64,000 bases of DNA from the NCBI GenBank assembly GCA_963727925.1, contig CAVSIS010000051.1, positions 147,522-211,521 of the forward strand, in the 5' to 3' direction. This stretch comes from an uncultured Acidobacteriota bacterium. Lineage in GTDB: Bacteria; Acidobacteriota; Thermoanaerobaculia; Thermoanaerobaculales; Sulfomarinibacteraceae. Every line of letters starts with the position of its first letter. The stretch's first letter is position 1. This document shows, in pieces, positions 27,476 to 35,446 of this stretch. The position numbers and the translations under genes were made by a program. The notes beneath the pieces were generated by a model, which ran no database searches, was not told the origin of the DNA, and saw nothing but the letters and a program-made list of their open reading frames with translations.

Positions 27476-28219
27476 TCACAGGGCGCGTTCGCCCAGGACG
27501 GCTCCTCCGACTCCGATCACGACGGCTCGAATAGGGAGCTTCCGCGAGGCGCGTCCGGCGGCCGCCTGGGCGAGTCGGATCAGGCCGCTGCAACACGGGA
27601 CCTCCATCACGGCCACCGTGAGGCTCGCGATCCCCGACTGGTCGATCATCGCGGTCAGCTTCTCGACGTAGATCTCTTGATGGCTGTCCAGCTTGGGACA
27701 CGCGACCGCGAGCGACCGTCCACTGAGAAGGCGGCGGTGAAAATCGGGATGGGCGAAGGCCACACAGTCGGCGGCCAGGAGCACATCGGCCCCGTGAAAG
27801 GCGGGCGCCAGCGGCGAGACAAGGTGAAGCTGTACTGGCCAGTGACCCAGCTGGGACGCTGTCGTGTGTCCGTCCGGAGCGGAGGTGTGCGCGGGGGCCA
27901 CGACCGGAAGCGAAAGTGGTCGGCTTCCGGGGCAGCTGCTCCCGCCCTCTGCCACGATTGTCGGGCGTGCCTCGCCTAAACCTCTGAGATGGAGGGCCAC
28001 GGCCGCCTCGTCGTACGGCGCAGCTTCGCGGCGCACGACCGTGATCGCACCTTGCGGGCAGTGGCCGAGACACGCGCCGAGGCCGTCGCAGTACACGTCG
28101 CTCACGAGCTTCGCCTTGCCGCCGATGATTCGCAGCGCGCCCTCGGCGCACGATATGACGCACTCCCCGCAGCCGTCACACAGCGACTCGTCGATCTCGA
28201 TGACGTCCCGAAACGGCAC
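27476..28219 (-). CDS. 4Fe-4S dicluster-domain protein with uncharacterised Cys-containing C-terminal domain
   Basis: The N-terminus carries CDGCGECVISC...CDGLGACLGHCP (two ferredoxin-type cluster motifs). The C-terminal part has ADCVAFA, ACPKLD and VPCCSG. The GTG start has AAGGAAGG 6 nt upstream, 2 nt after the cupin stop. Confidence 0.7.
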   Translation of the reverse strand: MPFRDVIEIDESLCDGCGECVISCAEGALRIIGGKAKLVSDVYCDGLGACLGHCPQGAITVVRREAAPYDEAAVALHLRGLGEARPTIVAEGGSSCPGSRPLSLPVVAPAHTSAPDGHTTASQLGHWPVQLHLVSPLAPAFHGADVLLAADCVAFAHPDFHRRLLSGRSLAVACPKLDSHQEIYVEKLTAMIDQSGIASLTVAVMEVPCCSGLIRLAQAAAGRASRKLPIRAVVIGVGGAVLGERAL

Positions 28220-28221
28220 GT

Positions 28222-28587
28222 TCAGCCTTCCTTGCCACTGTCGCGCAGCATGACCAGGAGCACTTTGCTGGACTTCACCGCCGTCAGCGCGTGCGGCACG
28301 TTGGCGGGCATCAGGACGACATGGCCTGGACCTGCGGGAACAGCCTTACCGCCAATCGTCAGCTCGAGGCCTCCGTCGATGACCTGGACGAGTGCGTCAA
28401 ACGGCGCCGTATGTTCGCTCAGGCGCTGGCCTTCTGCAAAGGCGAACAAAGTGACGGACCCACCTCCGGACCGCACCAGCGTCCGGCTCACGATCGCGGC
28501 CGGAGCAACCGAAGCGAGGTCCGCCAACGAGTAGGCCGTCGCCGGCCGGAACTCCTCGGAACGATCTGAGCGGCGAGCTTCTGACAT
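28222..28587 (-). CDS. Cupin-domain protein
   Basis: 121 aa. LFAFAEGQRLSEHTAPFDALVQVIDGGLELTIGGKAVPAGPGHVVLMPANVPHAL is the two-motif cupin barrel pattern. GAGGAGG SD lies upstream. Confidence 0.75.
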   Translation of the reverse strand: MSEARRSDRSEEFRPATAYSLADLASVAPAAIVSRTLVRSGGGSVTLFAFAEGQRLSEHTAPFDALVQVIDGGLELTIGGKAVPAGPGHVVLMPANVPHALTAVKSSKVLLVMLRDSGKEG

Positions 28588-28648
28588 GGAGCCTCCTCAT
28601 CTTCCCTCCGAGTGTGCTCTCGACATCGGCGAACCGCCTTGACCCAGG

Positions 28649-29920
28649 TCAATCGCCCCGCGGGAAAACCGCCGAGCCCGGGAGCACGGCCACGGCCTCG
28701 CGCGGGAAACGCTCCCGCCAGCTCTCGATGAGGTCGGCGGGGTCGCGAGCTGGATGGAAACCCAGACGCCGAGCCAGATCGGGATCGAGGTCCGAGCACA
28801 GGTGGACCGCAAAGCGGCGGGTCTTGTCAAGGATGCGCAGGGTGGTATGCCCGTACTGAACCCACGTCTGGGAGAGTCGCGCGCGGATCACGTCCGGACG
28901 CGGATCCTCGACGAACGACGCCATGTCGTCCGAACCGAGGCCTCGGTCCATCGCCGCCACGAAAAGGACTTCCGCTCCGGGCTCGGCGAAACGACATGCC
29001 GCGTCGAGGGCCTTGTGAGCCTGGATGAGCGTGGCGTCCGAAGGCGCGCCCCCTCCTGACGCAACCACCAGGCGGTGGGTCCCGCACGTGACCTCGAACC
29101 ACTCCCGCACCTGCTCCACAGCGGCCGCGAAGGCCGCCCTCCAGGTCCCCGCAGCGGCCCAGGCCGGCCTGCCATCGACTCCGGGCACCAGGCACAAGGC
29201 GAGCATCGGCGGCGCGAGGTCCGCCACGCGGGCGATCTCCTCCGCCACCGGGTTGCCAGTCAGCCGTCCAGGCGCACAGCGCATGTCGATATCGGCCGGA
29301 GCACCCGTTGCGGTCCGCGTCATGACCCGAGAGTGGTTGTGCTGGATCTCCGCGTAACCCCCAGTGCCGGGAAAGACCATCTTCGGGCCGCCACCGAAAC
29401 CGGCGAAGTAGTGGTGCCGGACAGTCCCCACCGTCACGATCGCGCCGGCCTCGACGACGGCACGAGCGATCCGCACCGGGACCCCTGCCTCCAACTCGCC
29501 CACCGCGACCAGGCTGGTGTCGTCGCGGGCATCGTGCTGCCGAACGGTCACTCCCTCAGGCAGGGCTCCCACCAGCGCGGCGACCTCGGACTCGGAGACG
29601 GCGGGGTGGGTGCCGCAGGCGACGACGATGGTGGTCGCTCGAGGACCGACCCCGGCCGCCTGAAGTCGCGCGAGGACAACCGGCAGGACCTCCGGGAGCG
29701 ACGCGGATCGCGTGGCGTCCGGCACCACGACCGCCACCGAGGCCGCACCACGGACCCGGGCTTCAAGCGGCGGGCCGTCCAGCGGCTGATCGAGCGCAGA
29801 CGAGACCAGTCTCGCGACGTCGCCTGCACCCGCTGGCGCCGCGGGCTTCAGGTGACGCACCGTGAGACCGCGCAGATCGACCGGCATGTCGCTGCGACCG
29901 CTCGCCAGCTTGACGATCAT
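28649..29920 (-). CDS. LarA-like (lactate racemase N-terminal domain, DUF2088) protein
   Basis: 423 aa. The motifs are VVVPDATR, IVVACGTHP and VRHHYFAGFGGGPKMVFPG, which contains the GGxK lysine that tethers the nickel-pincer cofactor in LarA. The ATG start forms an ATGA overlap with the rhomboid stop. Confidence 0.8.
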   Translation of the reverse strand: MIVKLASGRSDMPVDLRGLTVRHLKPAAPAGAGDVARLVSSALDQPLDGPPLEARVRGAASVAVVVPDATRSASLPEVLPVVLARLQAAGVGPRATTIVVACGTHPAVSESEVAALVGALPEGVTVRQHDARDDTSLVAVGELEAGVPVRIARAVVEAGAIVTVGTVRHHYFAGFGGGPKMVFPGTGGYAEIQHNHSRVMTRTATGAPADIDMRCAPGRLTGNPVAEEIARVADLAPPMLALCLVPGVDGRPAWAAAGTWRAAFAAAVEQVREWFEVTCGTHRLVVASGGGAPSDATLIQAHKALDAACRFAEPGAEVLFVAAMDRGLGSDDMASFVEDPRPDVIRARLSQTWVQYGHTTLRILDKTRRFAVHLCSDLDPDLARRLGFHPARDPADLIESWRERFPREAVAVLPGSAVFPRGD

Positions 29921-31896
29921 TGCACCGGCCCGCTGGAACCGCCGAGCGCCTCTCGCTCGTAGTCCTCAAGCGACGGGAAGATCCGAAACGGATTTCCGCG
30001 GGCGGACTCCGGGTCAGGCAGGGGCACAGCCTCGCTGGCGTGGAGCAGGCGGTCGAGAAAGGTGCGGAAGGCGGCGAGGGCGTTGTCTCCCCCGACGACC
30101 TTGCGAGGGTCGAACGCCGATCCCAGCAATCGCACAACGCGTACAGCGCGCGAGCCGCTCCACGGTGGGTCGAGGAGGAGATCCACGAGCAGGTAGGGCC
30201 GACCACCAGGCCGCGATATCCCAGCGACGGCGATCGCCTGGATCTCGGCGAACGGCAGCGTCCGACGCCGGTCACCGATCTCGAGGTCGATGCCCCCGGC
30301 ACCTATCCGGGTCGGCACCGCCTGGACGAGTTTGAGTGCGTGATTGGGAGGCGCGGGCGCCGGGATGGTCGGCACAGTCGGCTCGTCCGACTCGACAACT
30401 TCGATCATGGCAGGTCTGACCCCCTCAGACGGCATCTCATGAGCTACCACGGACAGCCGCTCGAGCTCGAGACGGGACTCTGCTGGCAGCTCGGGGCTGG
30501 CCAGGGCAGCTGCACGCAGGCGCGCGGCAGGCTCGGCGCGGAGTTGGGAGGCGAGACGCGCGACTCGCACCAGGATTCCGGGCGGCGCATTCTCAAGATC
30601 GGCGCCTCCCGCCGCCCGCTCGACCGTCTCCCTGGCGAGGAGAAGCTCACTTCGCTCGAGGAAGAGCTCTGCCATCCGAGTGCCGGTCGCGAGATCGATT
30701 GTGGCGTCCGGGACGGCCGCCAGCAGCTCCGGCCAGTACAGGCACGCGAGCTCGGCATCACCTTCGCGAAGGGCCTTGCGGATCACCCGCAACATCGCCG
30801 GTGCCGCGTGCCCCGCCTCGCCGCGTTCAACTGCGAGATTCCACGCCGCGATGGCGAGATCGACGTTGTCCGGATCCTGTGCCAGGCGATCCTGCAGCAT
30901 CGCCCCTGCCTCCTCGCTCCTGCCCTCGTTACGCGCCGCTAGTGCGTGCTCGACGACGGTGTTGTCGACCAGCGTGATCTTCTCCTCGATGGCGTGATGA
31001 ATGAAGCGTTCCTCGACGCTCCAGTATCGAATGGCAAGCGCCGCGCCGACACCGAAAACGAACCCGGCGACGTGCGCCCAGTACGCTACGCCACCACCCT
31101 CGCCCGGAGCGACCGTGTCCACCGCTCGCGCCATGAGGAACTCAAACGTGAACCACATTGGAAAGACCAAGAGCGCGGGCGCCGAGAATCGGCCCAGCGG
31201 AATACCAAACCAGATGATGAAACGCACCTTGGTTCGCCAATAGCGGATGCCGAAGGCCGCCATGACAGCAGCGATCGCTCCTGACGCGCCAATCAACGGT
31301 CCGTCGAAGTGTGGATAACGCAGCGCGAACGCAATCGCCGCGAGCGCGCCTGCAGTGAGGTAAAAGCTTGCATACAGCGGACGGCCCCACACATCCTCGA
31401 TGAAGGGTCCGACGACAAATAGCATGAACAGATTGCCAAACAGATGAAACCACCCGCTGTGCATGAACTGGTAGGTAATGAGCGCATGTGGTCGAATGTG
31501 GTCGGGTACGAGGCCGAGACGATAGTACGGCGTCGACGTCATCGCGCTGAGCGCCGCTCCGCCGAGCTCGTCCAGCTGTGCCTGCTCGCGTCGGAGCCGT
31601 GCCGGATCCCGCGGCGGAGTTGCTTGGGACCTTCGGATGACCTCAGCCATGGCGGCGGCGCCGTGCTCCCCGAGGGCCCGCATCAGGACCCGCTTCAATG
31701 CAGGATCGAGCTCGAGGTAGGGACGCTGAAGGTAGAACTCGATGGCCTCCTGCATCCGGGCACCGAATCGCTGCTGCGCCTTGTGGACCGCCGGGAGGGT
31801 CGCGACGAACACCACGACGCACAGTCCCATGATTGCGAAGGTCACCCACGGCAATCGGCGGACCGACGTCTGCTCGTGGCCGTAGGGAAGGATCAT
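29917..31896 (-). CDS. Rhomboid-family intramembrane serine protease with ~380-aa C-terminal extension
   Basis: I trimmed the start to ATG 31896, with GGGAG 6 nt upstream. The rhomboid core motifs are YQFMHSGWFHLFGNLFMLFVVGP, GASGAIAAVM (GxSG) and WAHVAGFVFG. The C-terminal half is helical and TPR-like (AMLQDRLAQDPDNVDLAIAAWNLAVERG) and ends in an unassigned domain. Confidence 0.8.
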   Translation of the reverse strand: MILPYGHEQTSVRRLPWVTFAIMGLCVVVFVATLPAVHKAQQRFGARMQEAIEFYLQRPYLELDPALKRVLMRALGEHGAAAMAEVIRRSQATPPRDPARLRREQAQLDELGGAALSAMTSTPYYRLGLVPDHIRPHALITYQFMHSGWFHLFGNLFMLFVVGPFIEDVWGRPLYASFYLTAGALAAIAFALRYPHFDGPLIGASGAIAAVMAAFGIRYWRTKVRFIIWFGIPLGRFSAPALLVFPMWFTFEFLMARAVDTVAPGEGGGVAYWAHVAGFVFGVGAALAIRYWSVEERFIHHAIEEKITLVDNTVVEHALAARNEGRSEEAGAMLQDRLAQDPDNVDLAIAAWNLAVERGEAGHAAPAMLRVIRKALREGDAELACLYWPELLAAVPDATIDLATGTRMAELFLERSELLLARETVERAAGGADLENAPPGILVRVARLASQLRAEPAARLRAAALASPELPAESRLELERLSVVAHEMPSEGVRPAMIEVVESDEPTVPTIPAPAPPNHALKLVQAVPTRIGAGGIDLEIGDRRRTLPFAEIQAIAVAGISRPGGRPYLLVDLLLDPPWSGSRAVRVVRLLGSAFDPRKVVGGDNALAAFRTFLDRLLHASEAVPLPDPESARGNPFRIFPSLEDYEREALGGSSGPVQ

Positions 31897-31945
31897 CGTG
31901 CACTCCCGCCGACGCTCTGAAAGTCGCGGGTAGTATAACGGGGCC

Positions 31946-32683
31946 ATGTCACTGGCCGCGCTCGTACTGGTTGAACCCTCGCTGGCCGGGAACCTCGGCG
32001 CCGCACTGCGGCTCGCCGCCAACTTCGGCGTCCCTCGAGTCGAGCTGGTTCGCCCGGGTGCTCCGCCCGACGACGTCGAGGTGCGCCGTTGGGCCTGCGG
32101 TGGCGAGCAGCTCCTCGAGGTTCGCTGTCACGACGAGCTCGCGGATGCCCTCCTCCCCTACTCCACGTCGGTCGCCTCGGCGAGCGGCCGCGGGCGGCTG
32201 AGCCAGCCGCTGATGACACCTCGCGAGGTCGCGAGAGAGATCGGAAGGCGCGGCATTTCTGCGACCGCCCTGGTGTTCGGCAACGAGCGCAGTGGTCTGA
32301 CGAAGGCCGACCTCGATCTCTGCGACCTCGTCGTCCGGGTCCCCACCGAGCCCGGGTTTCCCGTCCTCAACCTCGCTCAGGCAGCGGCGATCCTGGTGGC
32401 GTACCTGTCGATGGAGGTCGCGCCGCCCTCCGGCCTGGTGCCTGTACCGGCCAGCCAGGCACGAGTCGGCAGCCTGATGAGCCACCTTGAAAGGTCGCTC
32501 GCGCGGATCGGGTTCCTCGATCCGGTCCACCCGGCACGCATCCTGCGCAAGCTGAGACGGCTGCTCGGTCGAGCTGGAGTCACCGACAACGAGGTCGCGA
32601 TCCTGCGCGGCATCTGCCGCCAGATCGACTGGGTTTCCGACCGCGCCGGCCTGCCCATTCCAGACGCCGAGCGGAAGGCGTGA
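31946..32683 (+). CDS. SpoU/TrmH-family RNA 2'-O-methyltransferase (TrmJ-like)
   Basis: The motifs are LVLVEPSLAGNLGAALRLAANFG, ALVFGNERSGL and PVLNLAQAAAILVY-like. 245 aa with a TrmJ-type C-terminal extension. Confidence 0.8.
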   Translation: MSLAALVLVEPSLAGNLGAALRLAANFGVPRVELVRPGAPPDDVEVRRWACGGEQLLEVRCHDELADALLPYSTSVASASGRGRLSQPLMTPREVAREIGRRGISATALVFGNERSGLTKADLDLCDLVVRVPTEPGFPVLNLAQAAAILVAYLSMEVAPPSGLVPVPASQARVGSLMSHLERSLARIGFLDPVHPARILRKLRRLLGRAGVTDNEVAILRGICRQIDWVSDRAGLPIPDAERKA

Positions 32684-32702
32684 GACGGCATACCAGAGGG
32701 AC

Positions 32703-32735
32703 AAAGTGGTGCCGGAGGTGGGATTCGTCCACGCC
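32703..32735 (-). other. tRNA-Leu 3'-end-like fragment (direct repeat of the acceptor/T-arm region)
   Basis: aagtggtgccggagg (32703..32717) is identical to 33060..33074 at the 3' end of tRNA-Leu. The next 16 nt match at 10 of 16 positions. No complementary 5' acceptor strand exists, so this is not a functional tRNA. Confidence 0.4.
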
Positions 32736-33062
32736 AGTCTGGAGCCGATGAGCCCCGTGGCCGTGGGGGTCGAAGGAAGGGCAAAGCCCGACCGGAGAGG
32801 GCGGGGGGCGGCTGAGCCTGTACGTCCTGCCACCTCTCTGCTGCGGACGTCGATGCGCGAGCCATCGTGGGCCGGCTCGTTCCTCGGCGCCTGCGACGTG
32901 TGTCCTCACACGCCTCGGCGCCTCGACGCTCGACGCCTCCACGCTGGCAGGCGCCTCGACGCCCTCGCGACGGGACGTGCCAAGACGTGCAGGCTTGGCT
33001 TCACGACTCGCACCGGCGTGGCGTTGCGGCCGCCAGGCCGCAACTCACCCTCACAGGGGAAG

Positions 33063-33148
33063 TGGTGCCGGAGGAGGGAATCGAACCCTCACAGAGTTGC
33101 CTCCAAGGGATTTTGAGTCCCCCGCGTCTACCGTTCCGCCACTCCGGC
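33063..33148 (-). tRNA. tRNA-Leu (anticodon CAA), class II with long variable arm, CCA encoded
   Basis: The minus-sense sequence is GCCGGAGTGGCGGAACGGTAGACGCGGGGGACTCAAAATCCCTTGGAGGCAACTCTGTGAGGGTTCGATTCCCTCCTCCGGCACCA. The acceptor stem is GCCGGAG/CTCCGGC, the anticodon loop is CUCAAAA, and the T-arm is GAGGG-TTCGATT-CCCTC. 86 nt. Confidence 0.9.
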
Positions 33149-33156
33149 GCGCGGGT

Positions 33157-33186
33157 ATTCTCCCGTTCGGCAGCGTCACAGGTCAA
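33157..33186 (-). promoter_or_regulatory. Candidate sigma-70 promoter for tRNA-Leu
   Basis: In minus sense the pattern is TTGACC (33186..33181), an 18-nt spacer, then GAGAAT (33162..33157). The -10 element ends 8 nt before the mature tRNA 5' end. Confidence 0.35.
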
Positions 33187-33302
33187 GCGGACGACCAGCG
33201 ACGCCTGCCATTAGTCATCTCCCAGCTTGTGATTTGGCGAGACAATCTCGAAAAACTTCCTTCTGGACACGGCGTCTTTTCAGAAGTTGGTTGAAAAAAG
33301 CC

Positions 33303-33331
33303 TTGACGAAATACTGTCGATGGAGTAAATT
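33303..33331 (+). promoter_or_regulatory. Candidate sigma-70 promoter for arsR, followed by the 8-bp palindrome CTAATTAG
   Basis: The pattern is TTGACG (33303..33308), a 17-nt spacer, then TAAATT (33326..33331), in a locally AT-rich gap. The perfect palindrome ctaattag lies immediately downstream and may be an operator. Confidence 0.3.
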
Positions 33332-33379
33332 GCTAATTAGTGATAGTGTGAAGTGACCACCCGTCGAGAAGGAGGCATC

Positions 33380-33739
33380 GTGCCAGGAACAGACGACCTG
33401 CTGACCCGGATCGCTGAGGTTCTCAAAGCGATGGCCGATCCGACGCGGCTCAAGATCCTGCACAGCCTGCACGCCGGTGAACGCTGCGTGTCCGACATCC
33501 TGCACGTGGTTGGGGGGAGTCAGGCAAACGTCTCGAAGCACCTTTCCGTGCTCAAGCGTGCCGGTCTCGTCGACTGCCGCCGCGATGGTCTGAACGTCTT
33601 CTATCGAATTATCGACGAAGGTGTCTTCACCATCTGCCGCAACGTCTGCGATTCCCTGGAGCAGCGCGTCGATCGCGAGCACCAGGCCATCGTCGAGGGA
33701 CGGCATCACATGGAAGAGGTCGAGGTCGTCAGCAGCTAG
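33380..33739 (+). CDS. ArsR/SmtB-family transcriptional regulator
   Basis: LKAMADPTRLKILHSLHAGERCVSDILHVVGGSQANVSKHLSVLKRAGLVDCRRDGLNVFY is a winged HTH. I trimmed the start to GTG 33380, with AAGGAGG 5 nt upstream. Confidence 0.85.
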   Translation: MPGTDDLLTRIAEVLKAMADPTRLKILHSLHAGERCVSDILHVVGGSQANVSKHLSVLKRAGLVDCRRDGLNVFYRIIDEGVFTICRNVCDSLEQRVDREHQAIVEGRHHMEEVEVVSS

Positions 33740-33840
33740 CCTGCTCTTGTCACCACGCTGACACCTGAGAGCTGTTGTACACCCACAGAGCTGGGTCGGA
33801 TTAGGGCACACGGCTCGCAAACGATTGAGGGTTGATCACG

Positions 33841-34047
33841 ATGCCGATCTACGAGTACCGCTGTCAGCAGTGTCGACGAGTCTTTCAGAAGCTCCAGAGA
33901 GTCGGCGCTGGCGCGGACGAAGTTCGCTGCCCCCATTGCGATGCCACCGAGGTGGACCGTCAGCTCTCCACGTTCGCAAGCACCTCCACCGGCGGAGCAG
34001 GTGCTGCGAACACAGCCGCCGGTTGCGGCGGGGCTGGCTTCACTTGA
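33841..34047 (+). CDS. FmdB-family putative regulatory zinc-ribbon protein
   Basis: MPIYEYRCQQCRRVFQKLQRVGAGADEVRCPHCDATEVDRQLS shows the CxxC...CxxC pattern. A Gly/Ala-rich tail ends in GCGGAGFT. ATG 33841. Confidence 0.8.
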   Translation: MPIYEYRCQQCRRVFQKLQRVGAGADEVRCPHCDATEVDRQLSTFASTSTGGAGAANTAAGCGGAGFT

Positions 34048-34097
34048 GGGGTGTGAGAAGTGGGACCCGGGTGGTTCCATTCTCGCCCTGATCCAGG

Positions 34098-35246
34098 TCA
34101 CCCGGCCCGGAGATCGCGCGAACCGGCCTTCTGGTCCTTGACGCGCAGGGCCCGGCGCTGTAGCAGGCGGTCGACCAACAGACGGGTTTCGACCTCGGAT
34201 CCGGGCATTTGGCGAACGATTTCCCGCATGGTATAGGCGCCGTTGATCCGCGACAGTAGGAAGCCCTCTTCTGGGCTGCACTCGAGCGAGAACAGCGCGG
34301 CCGGAGGGACGGCAAGCTCGAGAACCGCGCTGTCGTCGAGGTGCCGCTTCTCGAGCTCTTGGGCGATTTTGCCCTCGATTCCCGTGGCCAGCTCATTCGC
34401 CTCCCGCTGCTGGGAGTGCTTCTCGCGGAGCTCTCGAAGCTGCCGCCAGGCCCGCATCAGGTCGCCCGCGGCGACGGCACGCTCGGCCTCCTTGAGCAGT
34501 ACCCTCCACGCGCCCTGAGAAAAACCGGGTATCACGATCTCGGTTGTCGTTGGCGGCCGGAGCTCGAACAACCCTGCCTCGACGCCGGAGTGGACGAAGT
34601 GAAGCGTGTGGAAAATTGGCAGTCGACAGGCGAGCGAGATCTCCTCGACGCTGCTGCGTCCGTTGATCTCACGCAGGATCCCGAGCTCGGTCGCGCCGAT
34701 ATTTTGCACGTCAACGGCTCGAATCAGCTTTGGGATCCACTGCGGGTCGGCGTTGCTATTCCGGATTCGGAGCCACTCGTCCTTGCGCCGCACACCCTCC
34801 AGGACGAGCATGTCGATCGCCAGACCCAGCGGCTGAAACTTCTTTGCGGGAAGAATGTTCTCCAGGAAACGGAAATCACCCTCCTCCCAGAGAAACAACT
34901 CGTAGATGGTCTCTTCCGTCTTGATCTGGAGAATCCGTGTCAGATCCTCCCGTGAGATTCTCCCGATGATCACCAAGAGCTCTCCGAGCAGGGTGCCGTG
35001 CCGGTCCTGCATGTCGAGCAGCTCCTGAAGCTCTTCCTCGGTGAGGTAGTTCCAACCTACGAGGTAATATCCCAGATACTCCTTGGGGTTCTCCGACGAC
35101 GAGGCAACCACTAACCCCTCGCGGAAGTAGATCTTCTTGTTGTACTCGGAACCCTCGACGGCAAGCGTGCCCGTCTTGCGACTCTGAGACACCCACTGCA
35201 GCAGGTCGGCGAACGGCATCGTGCGGAGGTTTCCGCTGATCGACAC
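34098..35246 (-). CDS. DUF4388 domain-containing protein
   Basis: MSISGNLRTMPFADLLQWVSQSRKTGTLAVEGSEYNKKIYFREGLVVASSS is the characteristic DUF4388 N-terminus. A second similar module follows. 382 aa. Confidence 0.7.
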   Translation of the reverse strand: MSISGNLRTMPFADLLQWVSQSRKTGTLAVEGSEYNKKIYFREGLVVASSSENPKEYLGYYLVGWNYLTEEELQELLDMQDRHGTLLGELLVIIGRISREDLTRILQIKTEETIYELFLWEEGDFRFLENILPAKKFQPLGLAIDMLVLEGVRRKDEWLRIRNSNADPQWIPKLIRAVDVQNIGATELGILREINGRSSVEEISLACRLPIFHTLHFVHSGVEAGLFELRPPTTTEIVIPGFSQGAWRVLLKEAERAVAAGDLMRAWRQLRELREKHSQQREANELATGIEGKIAQELEKRHLDDSAVLELAVPPAALFSLECSPEEGFLLSRINGAYTMREIVRQMPGSEVETRLLVDRLLQRRALRVKDQKAGSRDLRAG

Positions 35247-35359
35247 TCAGACACTCCCGCATCTACCGCGGCAACCTGTGCAACGGGGCCGGAGGTCCCC
35301 AACCAGTCGATACGTGTGCACGCAAGCCATAGGCAAGAAGGAGGTTGCGATCCCTCGCG

Positions 35360-35368
35360 TGATTATAC
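35360..35368 (-). promoter_or_regulatory. Candidate extended -10 promoter element (TGgTATAAT) for the DUF4388 gene
   Basis: In minus sense the sequence is tgGTATAAT. It lies downstream of three stacked hairpins (35378..35437) that follow the nfnB-like stop, about 110 nt upstream of ATG 35246. Confidence 0.3.
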
Positions 35369-35446
35369 CACGGCCACCGCCGAGAGGCGGCGGGAAGTCT
35401 CTATGGCTCCGTGACTTCCCACCGGCCACCGCGGCCGGAAACGCGG

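Noticed and set aside
27165-28163. ORF 27165..28163(-) as a genuine 332-aa gene
   Set aside because: Most of it overlaps the well-supported 4Fe-4S protein gene in another frame and reads as Arg/Pro-rich noise. Only its last ~74 codons (from ATG 27386) are real, forming the N-terminus of the DUF1573 protein.
32700-33062. tmRNA, tRNA-Sec, SRP RNA or RNase P RNA in the gap next to tRNA-Leu
   Set aside because: The tRNA-like 3' end at 32706 has no complementary 5' acceptor strand within 80-360 nt; the best candidate, GCCGGTG at ~33017, leaves a mismatch and no G3:U70. There is no UCA or other credible anticodon arm, no tag-like reading frame ending in Ala-Ala-stop, and no GGAAAGUCCGG or SRP helix-8 motif.
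33215-33820. ORF 33215..33820(-) 201 aa
   Set aside because: It is antisense to the well-supported arsR gene and its promoter region, and it has no motifs or SD.
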